From: Clostridia bacterium
GTDB lineage: Bacteria; Bacillota; Clostridia; Oscillospirales; CAG-272
Direction: 5' to 3'
Length of the DNA stretch: 45,430 nt
Assembly: GCA_017619885.1 (NCBI GenBank)
Contig: JAFZRM010000030.1
Location: 1-45,430 of the forward strand
Shown: positions 41,670 through 45,430 of the stretch, in pieces
How the letters are laid out: each line of letters begins with the position of its first letter
How positions within the stretch are numbered: position 1 is the stretch's first letter
Position numbers and translations under genes: made by a program
Notes under the pieces: generated by a model
The model's database searches: none
Told to the model about the DNA's origin: nothing
Seen by the model: only the letters and a program-made list of their open reading frames with translations

Positions 41670-43646
41670 TTATCTGTAGAACGATCCGGGGAGTTTAGTG
41701 CGGGAATCGATGCTCCAGTTCTTGAAGTCGGTGCCCGTGCCCGTGACCTTGAACGTTACTATTTCGTTGTATTTGTTTCCGGAAAGCTGGAATTTATGAT
41801 ATCTGACCGTGTTCTCGCCCTCCGGCACCTCGAAATACGAGCGTCCGTAGTCGTGACCGGTGCTTATGCCCGCGGATTTTACGAGCGTCGGGATCAGGTT
41901 CGCCTGGCTTACCTGAGCGTTAGAATACTTCAGCTCGCCTCTGTCGCCGGCACCTTTGACGAACAGCGCCGTGAGTCTCGGCTCGCCCGGTACCGCCTCG
42001 TCGTCTCTGGCTCTCGGATGGTCGCCGGTGATGACTATCGTCGCGTCGTCGTATACGTCGAGCTGTTTCATCTGGTCAAGATAATAGTTTATCATCTTGA
42101 AGCAGCCTTTGAGCTGTTCTTTGGAGTTGGCGTCCTTGGTGCGTTTTGCGTTGCTGTCCATGTTGTACGGCGAATGACAGCCGTTGAGATGGATGAATAT
42201 ATAGGAGTTGCCGTCTACGTCGAAGCTGAGTCCGTTTTCAAGTATCTGACCGCAGACAGCCGGGTCGTCTATCTCGTAAAGCGGCGCGGTGCCGTTGAGC
42301 TTGACGATGCCGTTAAACGACGCCGTCGAGATGTTGATGTCCTCTTTCAAAAACGTCGGCAGGTATCTGTAAGCGGACAGCGAAATGAGGTTGTCCACGA
42401 GCGCCTTGGTGCTCGAGATCCTGTATCCGCTCGAGATCGAGATGTTGTCGGCGACGCCTACGAGCGGCGTGCCCTCTCTGTAGCAGTAATAGCTCTGGGT
42501 ATAGATCTTTATCTGATATCCGTTGGCGCGAAGATCGTGAAGGAAGTTCGAACCCTGATAGGCGTTATGGAAGTATTCCGACGAGGTCTGCGCCGTCCAG
42601 TCTATGTCGACGCCGGTGATCATCGTCGTGACGCCGGGATACGTGCGGGAATATAGCGAGACGTTGTCTCCGAAATACGTGAAGCCGTCAAGGCTGTCGA
42701 AGAATCCGGGATCGGATTTCACGAGGCTCTGATAATAGCTTACGTCGAATCTGTCTATCAGGAATATGACGATGTTCTTGCCGGTAGAGACCTGATCGAG
42801 TCCCTGCTTCGTCAGATACGCTTTGGACGGATCCGTCTTGCCGGGATCTTCGGTCACCGGCGCGGTGGTCTCGGGCGCGGTGGTCTCGGGAGCGGTCGTC
42901 TCCGGCTCCGTCGTCTCCGGCTCCGTGGTGACAGGCTCCGTAGTCTCCGGTTCCGTCGTCTCCGGTTCCGTCGTCTCCGGCTCGGTCGTATCGGGCGAGT
43001 CCGTCGTGCCGGGCGTCTCGAGTCCCGAGATCGTCTCCGGATCAGTCGTTTCGGCGGTGACGTCGTCCGTGTCGGCTTCCGTATCCGTTATCTCGGGATT
43101 GCCGGTAGCCGGGTCGCGGGTGATATCGCCGATATTTGTGACGCAGCCCGTGATCTGCATGACGAGCAGCATAATCATCGCGATTATGAATATACGTCTG
43201 AATACGTTCTTCCTTTGCATAACGAAAGCTCCTGCAACGATAATAATGCCTGCGACTATCCAGATTATCGCATCGAAAACGGCAAATCCGACGTTCAGCT
43301 TACTGCTCGTGTCGCCGCCGAGCGATCCGCTGCCGTTCAGCAGCAGCGCCTGGACGTAGCCCATGACGGAGATCCACGCTGACACGCCGAACACGGCGTT
43401 TGACGCCGGCTCGGGCAGAAACATGATCAGAACGCCTATGACGAGCGATACGGCAAGCGCTATCAGCAGTATATATATGCCGAAATCGCCGACGGCGAAC
43501 TTGAATTCGTCTCTGTTCCCGGCGAACATCTCGAGGATGCCGAAGAAGAAAAACATGAATGACGGCGTCACCGCGCCGAGCAGGGCAAACGGCAGACGCT
43601 GTTTAAAGGTCTTTTTATTGAATATTTTTTTGAGTGCTTCGTTCAT
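41670..43646 (-). CDS. LTA-synthase/sulfatase-family membrane enzyme (phosphoglycerol-transferase-like) with ETTEP linker (658 aa)
   Basis: About 5 N-terminal TM segments, a TEPETT x8-type linker, and alkaline-phosphatase-superfamily strings NIVIFLIDRFD and IVITGDHP. Confidence 0.8.
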   Translation of the reverse strand: MNEALKKIFNKKTFKQRLPFALLGAVTPSFMFFFFGILEMFAGNRDEFKFAVGDFGIYILLIALAVSLVIGVLIMFLPEPASNAVFGVSAWISVMGYVQALLLNGSGSLGGDTSSKLNVGFAVFDAIIWIVAGIIIVAGAFVMQRKNVFRRIFIIAMIMLLVMQITGCVTNIGDITRDPATGNPEITDTEADTDDVTAETTDPETISGLETPGTTDSPDTTEPETTEPETTEPETTEPVTTEPETTEPETTAPETTAPETTAPVTEDPGKTDPSKAYLTKQGLDQVSTGKNIVIFLIDRFDVSYYQSLVKSDPGFFDSLDGFTYFGDNVSLYSRTYPGVTTMITGVDIDWTAQTSSEYFHNAYQGSNFLHDLRANGYQIKIYTQSYYCYREGTPLVGVADNISISSGYRISSTKALVDNLISLSAYRYLPTFLKEDINISTASFNGIVKLNGTAPLYEIDDPAVCGQILENGLSFDVDGNSYIFIHLNGCHSPYNMDSNAKRTKDANSKEQLKGCFKMINYYLDQMKQLDVYDDATIVITGDHPRARDDEAVPGEPRLTALFVKGAGDRGELKYSNAQVSQANLIPTLVKSAGISTGHDYGRSYFEVPEGENTVRYHKFQLSGNKYNEIVTFKVTGTGTDFKNWSIDSRTKLPGSFYR

Positions 43647-43924
43647 TTTATACCTGACGTGTCACAGTTGCGCCGCTGCAGTACGGCTTCGGATAATAAG
43701 TCGCGGCGGAGTGCGTCCATGTCACTTTTTTTCTCGTATTTTTTCTTTTTTTATCGTTTTTATGCGCGCAAAAAACGCCCGCGCCATAATTGCGCTTTGT
43801 AATTATACTACATAAATTGGTATAAGTCAAGTCTTTTCGGTATATTTTTCGCAACCGCGATTTTTACGGCGCAAAAAAACGGCGCCGCCGGAATAATGGC
43901 GACCCGCGTTTCATAACGTTTACC

Positions 43925-45172
43925 ATGAATACAGCCGAATTTATAGATACGTACGCGGCGTCGCCGGTACTGCTCACTTTTCTGACGGTATGCGGGACGT
44001 ATTTTGCCGTGCGGTGCAGACCGTTTCTGCCGAAAAGAAGCAAATCCGACGTGACGGGGGTGACCGGCGGCGGCATCTCCGCCGCCTCGTCGCTATCGGT
44101 CGCGCTCGCGGGGACGCTCGGCGTCGGAAACATAACCGGAGTCGCAGCGGCGATCTCGCTCGGCGGCGCCGGGGCGGTGTTCTGGATGATGGTCTCGGCT
44201 CTGCTCGGCGCGCCGCTGAAATACTGCGAAGCGTACCTGTCCGTAAAGCACAGAAGACGCGGCGGGATCGGCGGATCGCCTTATTACACGGCGGATATAT
44301 GCGGCAGGCGCGCGGGCGTTCTCGTCGCGGTCCTGTGCCTTCTGACCTCGTTTTTCTCAGGTCCTTTCATACAGTGCAGCGCCGCGTCGTCGGCGCTTTA
44401 CGTGAGTCTCGGCGTGCCGAAGCCCGTCACCGGCGTCGTGTTCGCCGTAATCTGTCTTCTCGTCGTCCGCGGCGGGATGAAGCGCGTTTCGGATCTTTTG
44501 TCGGCGGCGATGCCGGTCTTCTGCGCCGTTTTTGCCGCGATCTCGGTCATTGCGATCTGCATGAGGATAAACGAAGTCCCCGCCGTGATCTGCCGCATTT
44601 TTACCGGCGCGTTCGGGCTGCGGCAGGCGGCGGGCGGATTTTCCGGCGCGCTGATCGCCTCCGCCGTGCGGTCCGGGCTGTCGAAGGGCGTTTTCTCGCA
44701 CGAGGCGGGATGCGGCACCTCGTCTTTCTCGCACGCCGCCTCGTCGGTCACCGACCCGAGAACGCAGGGGATGATCGGCGTCGCCGAGGTGTTCGCGGAC
44801 ACCGTGTTTTTCGGCGGCCTTACGGCGCTGACGGTGCTTCTTGCGCCGGGAGCGGACGCGGCGGAGGGCACGGCTTCGGCGATATACGCATACGGTTATT
44901 TTTTCGGGCCGGCGGCGGGACATATACTGACGGCTCTGACTGTCTTCTTCGCGTTCGCGTCCGTGCTGTGCTGGGCGTATTACGGCACGTGCGCCGCCGG
45001 GTTCATCAGCCCGAAGCTGACTTCGCGCTACCGCACCGCGTACTGCGTATCCGTCGCCGCGGGCGCCGTGATCGCGCCGTCTCTGATCTGGACTCTGTCC
45101 GATCTGACGTGCACGGCGATGCTCGCCGTCAACTGCACGGTCATGATGATCGCACGCAAGACCGTAAAATAA
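43925..45172 (+). CDS. alanine/glycine:cation symporter (AGCS family)
   Basis: SSLSVALAGTLGVGNITGVAAAISLGGAGAVFWMMVSALLGAPLKYCEA is the conserved AGCS core. Polytopic. No clear SD, so the start is tentative. Confidence 0.8.
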   Translation: MNTAEFIDTYAASPVLLTFLTVCGTYFAVRCRPFLPKRSKSDVTGVTGGGISAASSLSVALAGTLGVGNITGVAAAISLGGAGAVFWMMVSALLGAPLKYCEAYLSVKHRRRGGIGGSPYYTADICGRRAGVLVAVLCLLTSFFSGPFIQCSAASSALYVSLGVPKPVTGVVFAVICLLVVRGGMKRVSDLLSAAMPVFCAVFAAISVIAICMRINEVPAVICRIFTGAFGLRQAAGGFSGALIASAVRSGLSKGVFSHEAGCGTSSFSHAASSVTDPRTQGMIGVAEVFADTVFFGGLTALTVLLAPGADAAEGTASAIYAYGYFFGPAAGHILTALTVFFAFASVLCWAYYGTCAAGFISPKLTSRYRTAYCVSVAAGAVIAPSLIWTLSDLTCTAMLAVNCTVMMIARKTVK

Positions 45173-45184
45173 AAAAGCGGCGAA

Positions 45185-45271
45185 ACGGAGAGACAACATA
45201 AAGAAGAAACAAACCCACTTTGACATCTTTCGATTTGAGAAAGTGTCATAGTGGGTTATTTTCTTTCAGCT
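45185..45271 (+). repeat. 87-nt hairpin element, inverted copy of 292-378
   Basis: A gapless alignment with the reverse complement of 292-378 gives 76/87 identical positions (hand count). The core is a stem of about 19 bp, AACCCACTTTGACA..TGTCATAGTGGGTT, followed by ATTTTCTTTC. It sits directly after the transporter stop, so it may act as its terminator. Confidence 0.8.
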
Positions 45272-45310
45272 TGTTCTAACCGCTCTGATATTAAGAATGA
45301 TTTTGAAAAC

Positions 45311-45430
45311 AGCTAAATTGCTCGCAGTCGCTCGCAGCTAAATTATCTCACTGCGTTCGATAGCTAAATTGTCCCATAGGGACAGCTAAATTAAATTCGC
45401 CTTTTTCAGCTCGGCAAAGCCGAATTTAGC
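45311..45430. repeat. AGCTAAATT + variable mini-hairpin array, truncated by the window edge
   Basis: AGCTAAATT at 45311, 45336, 45362 and 45384. The window ends in the complementary AATTTAGC. Spacers include GTCCCATAGGGAC. Confidence 0.8.

Noticed and set aside
43650-43924. Glycine riboswitch upstream of the AGCS symporter
   Set aside because: The conserved tandem-aptamer core strings (GGAGAG...CACCG...CTCTGGAGAG...ACCGAAGGGGCAA type) are not visible in this leader.
35657-45226. Other long shadow ORFs (35657-36649 +, 40310-41698 +, 41796-42656 +, 43990-45201 +, 44357-45226 -, 32589-33410 +, 29973-30881 +)
   Set aside because: Each lies fully inside a gene with strong family signatures on the other strand or frame. 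Their compositions are Arg-rich junk.

Overview
This is a 45.4-kb window from a GC-rich Gram-positive, Clostridia-like chromosome. A dockerin-bearing secreted protein, Thr/Glu/Pro linkers and a 2,508-aa CnaB/Flg_new surface protein suggest a Ruminococcus/Oscillospiraceae-type gut or rumen organism (inference). Ordinary content: the 3' end of a sugar ABC permease; malQ; an acyl-activation set (membrane acyltransferase-like protein, AMP-ligase and ACP, with a PlsC-like acyltransferase 18 kb further on); a Gfo/Idh/MocA oxidoreductase; malic enzyme; fumC; an EEP-family lipoprotein; pncB; an FAD reductase; an envelope operon (LtaS-like enzyme, YidC::TagF-like fusion, tiny membrane protein); and an alanine/Na+ symporter. 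The most unusual part is a visibly AT-richer accessory island of about 14 kb (roughly 2.65-16.95 kb) with no recognisable integrase or transposase. It holds two divergent operons that share one control region. The minus operon encodes an unknown 470-aa helical protein, a 100-aa double zinc-ribbon protein and a radical-SAM/SPASM enzyme. The plus operon has six tightly coupled ORFan genes and ends in a 4-TM protein and a lipoprotein-like protein. By eye, its first gene looks like a miniaturised, probably degenerate DnaE/PolC (C-family polymerase) palm-fingers core. Downstream are a zinc-ribbon/helical gene broken by one in-frame TAG, an M28/M42-like peptidase, a DUF6273 protein and a TM-less FtsH-like AAA+/M41 protease. 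Both window edges carry inverted copies of an 87-nt hairpin element next to arrays of a constant 9-mer (AGCTAAATT) alternating with variable mini-hairpins. The 966-bp convergent non-coding spacer at the left end also holds a second array of this kind (GTGAAAT) and G/C-tract repeats. I saw no rRNA, tRNA, CRISPR array or cas gene. All family assignments are motif recognition by eye; no searches were run.
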